A stretch of 64,000 nucleotides of DNA. It comes from an uncultured archaeon. Lineage in GTDB: Archaea > Thermoplasmatota > Thermoplasmata > Thermoplasmatales > Thermoplasmataceae. How positions within the stretch are numbered: position 1 is the first letter of the stretch; every line of letters starts with the position of its first letter. A model generated the notes under the pieces. The model worked only from the letters and a program-made list of their open reading frames with translations. It had not been told where the DNA came from and did not search any database. Shown piece after piece: positions 10,949 to 21,434 of the stretch. The stretch lies in NCBI GenBank assembly GCA_000965745.1, contig CP009479.1, forward strand, positions 32,001 through 96,000, in the 5' to 3' direction. The translations under genes and the position numbers were made by a program.

Positions 10949-11578
10949 TCACAGATTGTTGTCAAAATAATTTTTCACTATTTTCTTAAGTCCTCTCCTT
11001 AGAACATCCCTAAGGGAGGATGTTGAAACTCCAAGACCTTCCGCGACTTCCTTCATTGATGTCTGCCTGTCAGGTTCGAAATATCCTTTTTTCAGGGATA
11101 TAAGAAGTATTTCCCTTTCCCTGTCTGTCAGCGTAAGTTTCGAGCCTTCTTCAAGGCTAATCAGCCTCGGTTCCAGGTCGTTCTTCTCCATGTCCTTCAG
11201 TATAACGTCAAGCTTCCTCTTTGAACTGACAAGTACCCTGTAGAGAATGTGCTCCCTGTCGGCTGCCTTGTTGCTGAGAACTGCCATGTCAGAATTGGCG
11301 ACAAACTTGCATGCTGTGCAGCTTACCCCTTCAGCCCAGATTGATTTCTTCCCTTCCCTGGTCACTTTGGTTATGACTCCCCTGAGTTCCCTCATCTTGG
11401 AAATCATGTTCTCCCTGTCTATAGTGCATGTTATCTTGTGCATGGTGAGTTCAGGGCCTATCTTCAGCCTCTTGACCTCTGCCTTCGGATCCTTCTGGTT
11501 TACTACATTGGTAACCCAGCAATCAGTTCTTGACACCTCTATCAGGGCTTCTACTGAATTCTTGGAATTAGCTGACAT
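10949..11578 (-). CDS. Bat-type (HTH_10) helix-turn-helix regulator
   Basis: C-terminal LTDREREIL...GYFEPDR...EVAEGLGVSTSSL..LRRGLKK. Confidence 0.88.
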   Translation of the reverse strand: MSANSKNSVEALIEVSRTDCWVTNVVNQKDPKAEVKRLKIGPELTMHKITCTIDRENMISKMRELRGVITKVTREGKKSIWAEGVSCTACKFVANSDMAVLSNKAADREHILYRVLVSSKRKLDVILKDMEKNDLEPRLISLEEGSKLTLTDREREILLISLKKGYFEPDRQTSMKEVAEGLGVSTSSLRDVLRRGLKKIVKNYFDNNL

Positions 11579-11831
11579 TTATTTACACCAATCTCCTTAA
11601 TATTACTAGAGGGTTTATGGTTTTTAGGTCTTCTTAGCAAGGCCCTTCAGCGGCAAACACAGAATTTGCTGTATTTTTCCGAAGTTGGCAATGCACTCTC
11701 GCGAACCCTGTAGTACTTAATAAATTACAGTCTGCTATTATATGCTTTACATTTAATATTGTGATTTCTGAATCAGAGTAAGAGGAAAGTAATAAGTGTC
11801 ATAGTATGCATCCCGGAGAGGTAATGGGCAA

Positions 11832-12851
11832 GTGACACCGGGCGAAGCTGATCCAATGAATGGAGGAGACAGAAATGCGGGCCGGGCTGACGAGGACCTG
11901 GATTTTTTTCTTTACCTGTGCAGATTTATCCACGAGGGGTATTACAATATCAGGATAACCTGGGGAGAGGTCAGGAACCTCTTTTCCTTCGCAGTGAAAG
12001 GCAATCCGCATGATGTCTGCACGCGCATGAAAACTGATGGATATACGGAGAGTGTTGAAGATTCAGACCCATTCATGATACTTCGCAGAATTGATGTCCA
12101 TCTCTCCAGGGAAAGCGAGGAACGAATTATTTCAGGCTTCTTTGACCGTATGAGGAAGGTCCCGCTTGCACATAACGTGGCAATGATTTCATACCTTCAG
12201 AAGAGCCTGATCATGGGGATCATAGGATCATTCTACGACCACGAGCTTGATTTTGCATCAACCCCTGACGAGCGCGTACTTATATCAGCAGTGACCTCGG
12301 ATTATTTCATTTCAAACGAAATAGTATCAGGGTACCTTGAGAAGGACATTTCCGATGATGAGTATGGTAACCCCGATATGGAGAAATACCTGGAGAACCC
12401 CTGGTTCAACGAGCTCATACTGATCATTAAGAACGGGTACTATGGAAATGGGGGGTTCAACTATATCGACACCCTCGAGAGCTCTTTCAGGGTTGAGTTC
12501 ACGACAGGAATCCTTGAGATCATCCGGAATGGCGGCCTTCTCTGGCTCATACTCAATTTCAGGGAGTTCATAAAAGGAGAGCCTGCCGACAGAACAATAA
12601 AGAAGTTTGTCAAGAAGAGGCGCGACGAAGGCAAGATCAACAGGCTTTACGACTGGATGAGCATCGGGAATGATTTCGCAGTGGGCATTGAATTTCTAGT
12701 TGGAAGTGTGGAGTTTTTCCCCAGCTACAACCCCACCGTAGGCATATACCTCTTCATAATCGGGAGCACGCAGCTGCTGATAAGGCCGGTGATATCGACC
12801 AGCAGGAAGATACACCTGCACAAGCTGAAGAAAAGGAGAATAAAATTCTGA
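11832..12851 (+). CDS. protein with a C-terminal YrhK-like 2-TM domain
   Basis: YDWMSIGNDF..GIEFLVGSVEFF...GIYLFIIGSTQLLIRP resembles YrhK; N-terminal ~260 aa not recognised. Confidence 0.7.
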   Translation: MTPGEADPMNGGDRNAGRADEDLDFFLYLCRFIHEGYYNIRITWGEVRNLFSFAVKGNPHDVCTRMKTDGYTESVEDSDPFMILRRIDVHLSRESEERIISGFFDRMRKVPLAHNVAMISYLQKSLIMGIIGSFYDHELDFASTPDERVLISAVTSDYFISNEIVSGYLEKDISDDEYGNPDMEKYLENPWFNELILIIKNGYYGNGGFNYIDTLESSFRVEFTTGILEIIRNGGLLWLILNFREFIKGEPADRTIKKFVKKRRDEGKINRLYDWMSIGNDFAVGIEFLVGSVEFFPSYNPTVGIYLFIIGSTQLLIRPVISTSRKIHLHKLKKRRIKF

Positions 12852-12954
12852 ATTTTTCAATTAAACAGCATCCTCAAAACGCGTTCCTGAACTTTCAGCA
12901 ATATAAGTAATAATTTCACAAACACGGTTTGAGCCGCATTTGTGAATTTAAGAG

Positions 12955-13075
12955 TATGACAGCGAATCGTAGTTCCCATCCCCTCGCGGAAGACAGTACG
13001 CATACGAAACGTGGTGGACTTTACCGTCGGGTTCGGAATGAGACCGGGTGTTTCCCCACCACTGTGGCCGTCACA
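12955..13075 (-). rRNA. rrf: 5S rRNA (stand-alone)
   Basis: TGTGACGGCCACAG...GAAACACCCGGTCTCATTCCGAACCCGACGGTAAAG...GTACTG...CGCGAGGG...GGGAA...GCTGTCATA; ~121 nt with paired ends, Thermoplasma-like. Confidence 0.95.
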
Positions 13076-13093
13076 ATACCCTAATTTTAAACG

Positions 13094-13110
13094 TCTATAA
13101 ATGCCTTTCT
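13094..13110 (-). promoter_or_regulatory. BRE/TATA promoter of the 5S rRNA
   Basis: AGAAAGGCA-TTTATAGA about 20-26 nt upstream of the 5S 5' end. Confidence 0.6.
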
Positions 13111-13135
13111 ATGCGAAAGCTGCAATACACCAATT

Positions 13136-14008
13136 TCATGTTCCAGTTATTCTCAGATTGCCGTTTGAAGTCTTCATGCTCACAGATGCCCCTCCCCCGT
13201 TCATGGTGCCTTCAAGAGTGTGGGAAGAGCTGACTGTTGTTTCTACCACCAGATTGATGACTGCTATATTGCCATTCACTGTGGAAAGTGCAAGAGTGGC
13301 GTTCGACAGCTTGTTAATGTACAGATCCTGATTCCCGTTCACAGAATTGAGGCTGTACGTCCCCGACTTCAGAATTTCGGAAATTGTGAGGTGGAGGTTC
13401 CCGTTAACAGTGTTTTCATTGCAGCTGGAAAGGTTTACGGCGGTTACGTCGATATTGCCATTCACGGTCGATGCATAGACCCTGCCGCTGCTGAGGCCGG
13501 ATGTGCCGATATTCCCGTTCGTGGTTGAAAGTGTCATGTTAACTGCGTTAAGCGCACCATAGACGTTTTCGTTGCCGTTTGAAGTCTCGGCGGTAAGGTA
13601 ACCCGCGGTTGCCCCGGAAGGCAGGTACAGCTTTGCATTTGCGGTAAAGGCGGCGAAGAACCTTGGCGTGTTTACAACGAGGTTTACGGAGTCCCCCACC
13701 ACTTCCCTGCTGATGTATACATTCTCGTTGCTCAGCCTTACCCAGCCCGAGACGGTGACATCAACATAAATTGAGTTGTTTCCGCCCTGGTAAATTTGAA
13801 TGTTTGAGTCATTTGCAGATATTGAGATGCTGTAAGAGGATGCCGGCGGTGAAATTGTGAGATCTGTGTGGTATTCCTGGTAGGGTGACAGCAGCCCTAT
13901 TCCCGGCAGTGACACTATGGCTATCAGCGAGGCGCCGACGATTGACGCCACTACGATTATCATGGTTGCAATGCGCACATTCCTCTTGTACCTGGAGTTG
14001 TCGTCCAT
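13136..14008 (-). CDS. DUF4097 (toastrack) beta-repeat membrane-anchored protein
   Basis: N-terminal TM; repeated (S/T)xNGN(I/L) units. Confidence 0.88.
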   Translation of the reverse strand: MDDNSRYKRNVRIATMIIVVASIVGASLIAIVSLPGIGLLSPYQEYHTDLTISPPASSYSISISANDSNIQIYQGGNNSIYVDVTVSGWVRLSNENVYISREVVGDSVNLVVNTPRFFAAFTANAKLYLPSGATAGYLTAETSNGNENVYGALNAVNMTLSTTNGNIGTSGLSSGRVYASTVNGNIDVTAVNLSSCNENTVNGNLHLTISEILKSGTYSLNSVNGNQDLYINKLSNATLALSTVNGNIAVINLVVETTVSSSHTLEGTMNGGGASVSMKTSNGNLRITGT

Positions 14009-14012
14009 TTCC

Positions 14013-14294
14013 CTATTCCTTCATGTTCCTGGAAATCTCATCGAGTTTTGCCTCGATATCCCTAAGCCTGGATTCGTGAGGCCCAACTGGCGGAGTTTGA
14101 TCAGGCTTCCTGTGCACGGTCTCGGCGAAGCCCTGGAGAGTCCTGCTCCAGAAGGCTGAAACGACTATAACAAGTATGAAAATTATGCCCACCCCGGCTA
14201 CTCCGGCGAAGTACGCGGCAAAGGCCCCTATTATCGCCAGGGCCCCCCATACCGGGATGCTGACTGCTATGGTCAGTTTGACCAGTTCTTCCAT
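14013..14294 (-). CDS. small 2-TM protein with a C-terminal coiled coil
   Basis: two TM segments, ESRLRDIEAKLDEISRNMKE tail; 4 nt upstream of the DUF4097 gene. Confidence 0.75.
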   Translation of the reverse strand: MEELVKLTIAVSIPVWGALAIIGAFAAYFAGVAGVGIIFILVIVVSAFWSRTLQGFAETVHRKPDQTPPVGPHESRLRDIEAKLDEISRNMKE

Positions 14295-14561
14295 GCTGAT
14301 TCAGACACTCTCGCAATATATAGCAGAAACCTCATCTGTTAGGTGCTTTCACGGCTTTCGTTAATGCACGCCTTCTTGGAATTGCAGAAGCCGGGCCCTG
14401 ATTAGAAAAGAGAAAAATGGCAGTTTGGTTTAAATATTCCCATGAGCCTGCAATTGATGATCTTTTTGAGAACTATCGGTTAATATCTACTTTCAAATAC
14501 GAGTTTCACAACAAAACCCCACTCATATAACAGTTATATATCAGAATCCCATTGATTATCA

Positions 14562-15926
14562 TTGACTTATCTTATTGTTACTAGCAGATGCCCCTTTTCA
14601 TATGATAAGTCCCACAACAAGAAGGTTACAAAAAAGAATGTGGGAGGAGTAGCCACTGCTCTTAAGCTGCTCATCGAGAAGGAAGGTGGAGTCTGGGTAT
14701 GCTGGGGGGATGGAAAGCTTGACCCTGAGCATACGGTTGAGGACCGCGGTAACTACAAGATAGTGAGGGTTATCCTGAACCAGAAGGAGAAGAAGGGGTT
14801 CTACGACGAATATTCAAACGGAACTCTGTGGCCCCTCTTCCATTATTTCCGCGAACGCATAAGGTTCTCCTCTGACGGCTTCAAGTACTACAAGCAGGTA
14901 AATGAAAAATTCAAGGAAAAGATCCTGAAGTACCTTGAGCCGGACATGAAAGTCTGGATACACGACTACCAGCTGACACTTCTCCCGGGAATGCTGAGAA
15001 AGAGCGGAACTCAGAACTTCACGCTTTTCACGTGGCATATCCCATGGGTCGCGAGCGAGTTTTTCTCCATACTGCCCGAGGCGGAGGAAATAATACACAG
15101 CCTTGCCAAGGCGGATATGCTCACCTTCCACACTCCCCTTTACACGAGCAATTTCAGGGCTTCTGCCCAGAAGATACTCAGGAACTCACTCAACGAGAAT
15201 GGAAAGCTGTTCTCGATCTCGCTCGGAATCGATGAAACATATTACGAGAAGGCCAACGCCAGGAAGGCAAGGGTGAAATCTCTGGAGGGGATGAAAATGA
15301 TTTTTTCCATTGACAGGCTCGATTACACCAAGGGCCTCATCAACCGTGTCCTGGCGATAGAGAATATGCTGGACAGGTTCCCGGAATATGCCGGAAAATT
15401 TGTCTACGTCATGGTTGTTACACCCAGCAGGACCTCAGTCACCGAATACCAGTCACTGAAGCGTGAGCTTGAGATGACCATAGGGAGGGTCAACGGTGAG
15501 CATGGAAACCTATCGTGGGCGCCGATAATCTATATGTACAGGAGGATCTCAGACAAGACCCTGATATCGTATTACAGCCAGGCAGACATAGCACTTATCA
15601 CGCCGCTGATGGACGGCCTGAACCTGGTCAGCAAGGAGTTCGTGTCGGTCACCGATTCAGGAAGCCTGATAATCTCACAGTTTGCGGGGTCTTCATACGA
15701 CCTTAAGTCAGGAGCACTCGTCGTGAACCCGAACAACATTGCCGAAATGGCAGATGCGATACTGTATTCCCTGAACATGAAGAGGGAGGAGATCCAGAGG
15801 CGCCTCTCACTTATGAAGGATAATGTCTATGGAAAGAATCTCGACTGGTGGCTTGGAGAAATAGAGAGCACAGCAGATAGAAAACTTATGTCCAGCAAGG
15901 AATCAACCTATGTCCATTCCCGCTGA
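14562..15926 (+). CDS. otsA: trehalose-6-phosphate synthase (GT20)
   Basis: GGVA, WPLFHY, WIHDYQL, HIPW, DRLDYTKG, DGLNLVSKE. Confidence 0.96.
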   Translation: MTYLIVTSRCPFSYDKSHNKKVTKKNVGGVATALKLLIEKEGGVWVCWGDGKLDPEHTVEDRGNYKIVRVILNQKEKKGFYDEYSNGTLWPLFHYFRERIRFSSDGFKYYKQVNEKFKEKILKYLEPDMKVWIHDYQLTLLPGMLRKSGTQNFTLFTWHIPWVASEFFSILPEAEEIIHSLAKADMLTFHTPLYTSNFRASAQKILRNSLNENGKLFSISLGIDETYYEKANARKARVKSLEGMKMIFSIDRLDYTKGLINRVLAIENMLDRFPEYAGKFVYVMVVTPSRTSVTEYQSLKRELEMTIGRVNGEHGNLSWAPIIYMYRRISDKTLISYYSQADIALITPLMDGLNLVSKEFVSVTDSGSLIISQFAGSSYDLKSGALVVNPNNIAEMADAILYSLNMKREEIQRRLSLMKDNVYGKNLDWWLGEIESTADRKLMSSKESTYVHSR

Positions 15927-16635
15927 CCTGATTCGCAGGGCAGAGTTGCTGAAGAACAGCAGCCTGAAACTTTTCCTCGATTACGATGGCACGCTGATAC
16001 CAATAAAGATGGACCCTGATGACTGTTATGCAGACAGTGAGCTGAAAGATATCCTGAACTCTCTCGACAACAATTATGAAATGTACATCGTCACCGGAAG
16101 GTCCCTGGACGACATAACAAAATTCATCGGGAACGCCTATAACGTAATAGCCCTCCATGGTGCTGTAATGAGAATAGGGGGGGAGATAAGGGAAAATATC
16201 CCTGACCTCGCATACTTCACGCAGATCTGTGACCGGATCTTCAAAAACAGGAAACTGTTTGAGAGCCAGTACGACGGCCTCAGGATGTACAACAAGAACG
16301 GGAATCTCCTCTTTCATCTCGGCCTGATGACTGACGATAGAAGGAAGGATGAGCTTGAGGGCCTTGTAAGGAATATGGGCGAGGAGAACATGATGGATGT
16401 CTATGAAGGCAAGATGATCATGGAGCTCAGGGTTCCCGGCATAAACAAGGGGTCCGCCATACATAAAATGAGAAACGGTTCAAACGCGATTATTGCGGGC
16501 GACGACAGGACCGATGAAGAGTCTTTCGAAGCAAACGGGGATGCGGTCAGGATAAAGGTAGGTATTGGCAAGACGAAGGCAGATTTTGTGCTTTCAGACT
16601 ACAGGGAGATGAGGCAGTTCCTCAAGCTCCTATAG
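15910..16635 (+). CDS. otsB: trehalose-6-phosphate phosphatase (HAD)
   Basis: FLDYDGTL, TGR, NKG, GDDRTDE; overlaps otsA. Confidence 0.95.
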   Translation: MSIPADLIRRAELLKNSSLKLFLDYDGTLIPIKMDPDDCYADSELKDILNSLDNNYEMYIVTGRSLDDITKFIGNAYNVIALHGAVMRIGGEIRENIPDLAYFTQICDRIFKNRKLFESQYDGLRMYNKNGNLLFHLGLMTDDRRKDELEGLVRNMGEENMMDVYEGKMIMELRVPGINKGSAIHKMRNGSNAIIAGDDRTDEESFEANGDAVRIKVGIGKTKADFVLSDYREMRQFLKLL

Positions 16636-17442
16636 CTTCCCGACATCGTAAATGTCATAGATGTCGGTCCTTCTCTGCTTCAGTACCGGCACGTCCTTGA
16701 GATATTCCTCTATGAGTGTAAGGTCCAGATCAGATGTTATCACGGTTTCCTCTTCATCAGCTTCCGATAGGATATCTCCATAGGGGTTAATGACGACAGA
16801 GTGGCCGGTGAACTGGTTTCCCGTCTGCGCTACGCCGAGGACAAATGCCCCGTTCTCCATGGCCCTTGTTCTCAGCAGTGTCAGCCATGTGTCGAGCTTC
16901 CTCTCCCCCTTGAACCATCCTGCCTGGTATGACAGTATGTTTGCGCCCTTAAGGCGCAGGAGCCTTGCCGCCTCGGGAAACCTGAGGTCGTAGCAAATCT
17001 GGACCCCTATGCTGAATTTCTCTGTGAAGAACGGGTTCAGGGCACCATACCCGTGGGTGAATGTCTTGCTCTCCTTGAAGCTGTAAGCATCAAAAAGGTG
17101 TTTTTTCCTGTATTTTCCGCCAATCATTCCCATGTCGTTGAGCATAACCGACGTGTTGAAAGGCTTAAGGTGGCCGTTGTTCCTCTCGACTACATTCAGG
17201 AGAATATTCATCCTGGAGTCTCTCGCTATAGGCACGAAACTGTTTACAAAGTCCTCGGTGATCAGTTCCGACTCCTTTATCATGAATTCGGGATCGTCGA
17301 AAGAGGGGTTCAGCATCTGGTATTCAGGGTATATCAGAATATCAGGAGGGTTCGATTCCAGTTTCCTGGCAACATCGAGTGATTTTTTCAAATTTTCTTC
17401 TTTGCTTTTGCTTGAACTGATCTGGGCCAGAGCAACTTTCAT
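16630..17442 (-). CDS. carbon-nitrogen hydrolase (nitrilase superfamily, Nit-like)
   Basis: YPE, YRKKHLFD, ICYDLRFPE catalytic triad; RAMEN. Confidence 0.92.
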   Translation of the reverse strand: MKVALAQISSSKSKEENLKKSLDVARKLESNPPDILIYPEYQMLNPSFDDPEFMIKESELITEDFVNSFVPIARDSRMNILLNVVERNNGHLKPFNTSVMLNDMGMIGGKYRKKHLFDAYSFKESKTFTHGYGALNPFFTEKFSIGVQICYDLRFPEAARLLRLKGANILSYQAGWFKGERKLDTWLTLLRTRAMENGAFVLGVAQTGNQFTGHSVVINPYGDILSEADEEETVITSDLDLTLIEEYLKDVPVLKQRRTDIYDIYDVGKL

Positions 17443-17451
17443 GATATCACC

Positions 17452-18534
17452 TTATGCTGCCCCCAATTCGCCTAGCTTGTCAGGCAGGTACTTCTCAGTG
17501 ACATAGTCAAGGCCGTACTTGGCCAGGGACTGCTGTTCAGCTTTCTTTGAAATGGAAAGCATGGTCTCAATCTCAGCTTTCCAGAATTCCGTCTGGAACC
17601 TGGGGTCCTTGAGCTCAGACTGCAGGGCGTTAACGTCCTTGTCCGTAAGCTTGTCTGTTGGCAGGTTGTAGTTGAGAATGTCTGATGCCGTTATGCCGAC
17701 ATACTCCGCGGTCGGGACTGCCAGATGGTCAGAGATGTGGGCTGTCTTGATGGCCCCATAGGCAATCGAGCCGAAAATTCTGAACGACCACGGGTCTCCA
17801 TCCGTAAAAACGTATATCGGGAGGCCCATCTCCTGGTTGACTCTCTTCAGGATTCTCCTTGTACTCCTTGCCGGCTGCCCTTTCAGGTGGACCAGGACTG
17901 CGTTGAAACGCTCATCGAACCCGTTCTCAACCAGTCGGTCAAACATACCTCCTGTTTCTATAGCCATAACAAAGTTCGCCCCATGGGTTTTCAGGTGAAG
18001 CTTCTCCTGCTCGACGTTGTAAGGGATTGTATACCCTCCATCTCCGACGTCGTCCTTGCAGTTGATCGTCTTGAAATCACCTTTTCTGTTCTTTTCCTCA
18101 ATCGTTATATCTCCTATTATACTTGCCCCGTTTTCCTCAGGCCTGAGCTTGAAATCCTCCCTGAGAAGCTTGCTGATGACTTCAAGGTCTTCCGCAAGGA
18201 GGTCCGACTCGCCCTGGGACCCGAATTTCGCAAGATCCCACCCCTCAGAGATGTAGTACATCTCCCTGAGGGTTGAAGACTTGTTGGTCTTGAGCATCTC
18301 GATTATGAAATCAATTACATAGAGAAACTTGACAAGATATTCTGCCCCGTCGAGAGACTTGGCGCTCCTCCTGGTGGTGGATTCCCCGTACTTCCATACC
18401 GAAGTTAGCTGGTCCAGGACAATGTTGTCCCTCGTCCTCGATGGGAGATGAAGTTCCGGTATCTCCCCGCTGTTAATGCTCTCGAGGATGTTCCTTACAA
18501 TCCCTTTGAGTTCCTGTTCAGTTTCAGAGTTCAT
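17452..18534 (-). CDS. top6A: DNA topoisomerase VI subunit A
   Basis: [22 protein letters not shown] Toprim motif, KAEQQ; start re-assigned to MNSE. Confidence 0.95.
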   Translation of the reverse strand: MNSETEQELKGIVRNILESINSGEIPELHLPSRTRDNIVLDQLTSVWKYGESTTRRSAKSLDGAEYLVKFLYVIDFIIEMLKTNKSSTLREMYYISEGWDLAKFGSQGESDLLAEDLEVISKLLREDFKLRPEENGASIIGDITIEEKNRKGDFKTINCKDDVGDGGYTIPYNVEQEKLHLKTHGANFVMAIETGGMFDRLVENGFDERFNAVLVHLKGQPARSTRRILKRVNQEMGLPIYVFTDGDPWSFRIFGSIAYGAIKTAHISDHLAVPTAEYVGITASDILNYNLPTDKLTDKDVNALQSELKDPRFQTEFWKAEIETMLSISKKAEQQSLAKYGLDYVTEKYLPDKLGELGAA

Positions 18535-20428
18535 CTGAATCTTCCTCCTCTTCCTCGTCCCCGCCATCCTCTTCCTCGATGGTCAGGGACTCCATGTTCC
18601 AGTCGGCTGGAAGAGGTTCTGCCCCCTGGACATATACTGCATCTATGCCTGTAAAATAAATGTCAGTGCCCGGATAATCCTTGATGCTTCCGATGACATC
18701 ATAGGTGATTGAATAGTTCTCAGCTGGATTGATCTCCTTCACCTCCCAGGTGTTCACCCCTCCGCTTATCTCACCCACAGGCGGGTCTGCATATACAGTA
18801 AGTGATCTTGGCCTGCTCGTGAAATTGTGGAGGCTGATCCTTACGTGAATGCCGTTTTCGAATGGCTCTGTGTCTTCATTCACGAATACCACATTTGCGA
18901 TCTGTGACAGGACCAGATCCAGACTCGGCTCCGTTTCACCGAGAATTGAGGAAGATTTTCTGCCTATTTCCGGAAGCAGTATCTGGACAAGCCTGAATTT
19001 TTCCCTGGCCTTCACCCTCTTCTGCTGTTTCCTCAGGTACTTTCTCACACCTCTCCCGAGGCTCCTCATTGCCAGCTTTACCTCTTCCACTATGTCTTCG
19101 ACGTTCGCAACAGCTTCCTTTGATTCAGAAGTGTATGGTATACGTGTCCCGTAGACATGGACCAGTATTATCATCGGCCCATATGGAACCCCGCTTCCCT
19201 GGCGCTGCTCGAGGCCGTACGGCCTCCAGTCCATCTCCGATATCGCCTTGGTTATTGCACAAGCGCCGGCCTGGTAAAGCAGGGGGACCTTGTTGGCGTA
19301 CCTGACAACCCGTACCTGCTCATCGGATTTCAGCTCGCCTCCGTAGACAATCGATGCTTCAACCGAGAAGGGGTTTCCGCTGTAAACTGCCACTGGCCTC
19401 ATGACGGGTTTTGAATAGAATGAAGGGTGCGTCTCCTCGTAGATGTTTCTCAGGCCTTTCCTGAGGAACTCTCCACCGATAGGGGAAAGGCAGTCTGTCG
19501 GAGGGGGCATCATCCTGACCTCCTTGAATGCCTTCATGAGTGAGTCTATTTCCTCAAGAGTAAGCTCTGAGGGAGGCTTTGAGCCATCAATCCCTGATAC
19601 CTGAAGTATCTCTCCCGCCACCTTTTCACTTACCCTGTTGAACTCACCGGACAGGAATTTGGCCAGTGTCTTCTCGTTGCTAGTCTGTGCGATGCTCCGT
19701 ATTTCCCCGAGTTCCAGCCCTAGCGGGTGCGGCTTGATTTCCTTTGATTTTGGCGATGGCTGTTCAACGACCCTCCTGAAGGTCCATTTCCTGTTATCAG
19801 GGTCGATATACGTCAGGTTCATGTTCGGGTTGACCACCGCGCTCTCCTTCAGGTATTCAAAAACAGACTGCCTGCCTGCCTGGTATTTTCCCTTGGCCCT
19901 TACAGTTACGCTTGTGCCGTGGTCCGTGTCCCATATGACTGCCTTTTCGCCCTTCACATCAGCCTTGTTTTCTTTTACGTTTATTCCAAGCTCTATCTCC
20001 ACAGCAACATCTTCCCCCATCTTCTTTGATTTAACCGTTGCTGTCTTGCCTGTGGTAATCTGCCCGTAAAGAATCGCGGCAGTGATGCCAATTCCCTGTT
20101 GCCCGCGGGACTGCCTTATCGAGTGGAACCTTGAGCCGTAAAGAAGCTGCCCAAATACCTTGGGAACCTCCTTTCTGTCAATGCCCGGCCCATTGTCCTC
20201 TATCTGCGCCTCATAAACATCGGCGCCAATCTTGGATACCCGCACCGCAATTTCCGGGACAATCCCGTACTCTTCACAAGCATCCAGGGAATTGTCTATA
20301 GCCTCCTTTACAATCATGAAAAGGCTCTTCTGGAGAGAGTCGAAACCAAGGATATGCTTATTTTTCTCAAAAAATTCAGATATGGATGCTTCCTTGAGCT
20401 CTGATCCCTTCAGTTGAGTTTTGCTCAT
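18524..20428 (-). CDS. top6B: DNA topoisomerase VI subunit B
   Basis: [44 protein letters not shown]. Confidence 0.97.
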   Translation of the reverse strand: MSKTQLKGSELKEASISEFFEKNKHILGFDSLQKSLFMIVKEAIDNSLDACEEYGIVPEIAVRVSKIGADVYEAQIEDNGPGIDRKEVPKVFGQLLYGSRFHSIRQSRGQQGIGITAAILYGQITTGKTATVKSKKMGEDVAVEIELGINVKENKADVKGEKAVIWDTDHGTSVTVRAKGKYQAGRQSVFEYLKESAVVNPNMNLTYIDPDNRKWTFRRVVEQPSPKSKEIKPHPLGLELGEIRSIAQTSNEKTLAKFLSGEFNRVSEKVAGEILQVSGIDGSKPPSELTLEEIDSLMKAFKEVRMMPPPTDCLSPIGGEFLRKGLRNIYEETHPSFYSKPVMRPVAVYSGNPFSVEASIVYGGELKSDEQVRVVRYANKVPLLYQAGACAITKAISEMDWRPYGLEQRQGSGVPYGPMIILVHVYGTRIPYTSESKEAVANVEDIVEEVKLAMRSLGRGVRKYLRKQQKRVKAREKFRLVQILLPEIGRKSSSILGETEPSLDLVLSQIANVVFVNEDTEPFENGIHVRISLHNFTSRPRSLTVYADPPVGEISGGVNTWEVKEINPAENYSITYDVIGSIKDYPGTDIYFTGIDAVYVQGAEPLPADWNMESLTIEEEDGGDEEEEEDSDEL

Positions 20429-20508
20429 TCTGGGATTATAAAATATCTGCTTATATTGGTTTTGCCGCTGAATAATATAAAAAGTTGGGGTTTTGTGGAG
20501 TTCCCGGT

Positions 20509-21267
20509 TTATCCGAAGTATCCCAGGTCGTCCTTATGCCCAGGCCTGCCCTGGACATCTTCCTGCATTTTCTCGGTTATCTCCTCGATCTGCTTGCTCC
20601 TTTCCTCTATGTCCTTCAGATCGATCTCTACGCCAAGAATCTTCGAAAGAACCTTGATCACTTCCCTTGCTCCCTTGGGGTCCGCAAAGTATCCGGATGT
20701 CTCGCCCATAAGGCAGGCGCCATCAACTTCGAAGAGCTCTTTCCCAAGTCCCAGCATAAGGCCTGCTGACCCGACGATTCCTCCTCCCGGCTCGCCTTTG
20801 GGGAATACCACGCCGCCTTCCTGCAGCGTGTCCTGGAGGCCCTGGTTGGTGACTGCGCCGAGGACTCTCGGCGTATCGCTGATCTTCCCGGTGCTGTAAC
20901 CACCAAGAGTGTAGACTGCAGATACATTGAATTTCTTCGCCATTTCCAGCACTAGGTACGAGAGCTCATACTGGCCCTCCTGGGTTGTGCCCTGGAAATC
21001 GCCAACGAGAATCATCAGATCATTCTTCTTCGGGAACTTCTTGTAGTAAATTGAATTCCTGACGAGGTGTGTAAGCCCGTCGTCTCCTATGAAAACCTGG
21101 GGAGGGAGGTACTGGGAGTACAAGTCAGCCATCTTCTCCATCTTCAGCTTCTCAATCAGGTACTCTGCGGCAATCTTCCCGATGTTCCCTATTCCGGGTA
21201 GTCCGCCTATGAGTACCGGGTTGTTCAGTCTCGGTCTTTTAATCTGGTTCAGTATTATTTTTTCCAT
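20509..21267 (-). CDS. proteasome assembly chaperone PAC2 family protein
   Basis: GLPGIGNIGK, YTLGG, CLMGETSGYFADP, GYFG C-terminus; conserved position after nop10. Confidence 0.9.
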   Translation of the reverse strand: MEKIILNQIKRPRLNNPVLIGGLPGIGNIGKIAAEYLIEKLKMEKMADLYSQYLPPQVFIGDDGLTHLVRNSIYYKKFPKKNDLMILVGDFQGTTQEGQYELSYLVLEMAKKFNVSAVYTLGGYSTGKISDTPRVLGAVTNQGLQDTLQEGGVVFPKGEPGGGIVGSAGLMLGLGKELFEVDGACLMGETSGYFADPKGAREVIKVLSKILGVEIDLKDIEERSKQIEEITEKMQEDVQGRPGHKDDLGYFG

Positions 21268-21427
21268 CTAAATCATCTCGTAACATTTCTAATCTGTATT
21301 TCTGGAACCTGTCCTTTTCAGAATATTTTGGAGGAATTGCATACATCGATTCCCCTCCGCATGAGGGGCATTCGTTGCGAAGTGTATATTTTCCGCACAC
21401 AATGCATTTTCTGATAATTGATCGCAT
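21239..21427 (-). CDS. nop10: H/ACA RNP protein Nop10
   Basis: CIVCGKYTL...CPSCG...PPKYS.KD. Confidence 0.93.
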   Translation of the reverse strand: MRSIIRKCIVCGKYTLRNECPSCGGESMYAIPPKYSEKDRFQKYRLEMLRDDLDGKNNTEPD

Positions 21428-21434
21428 ATTTCTA

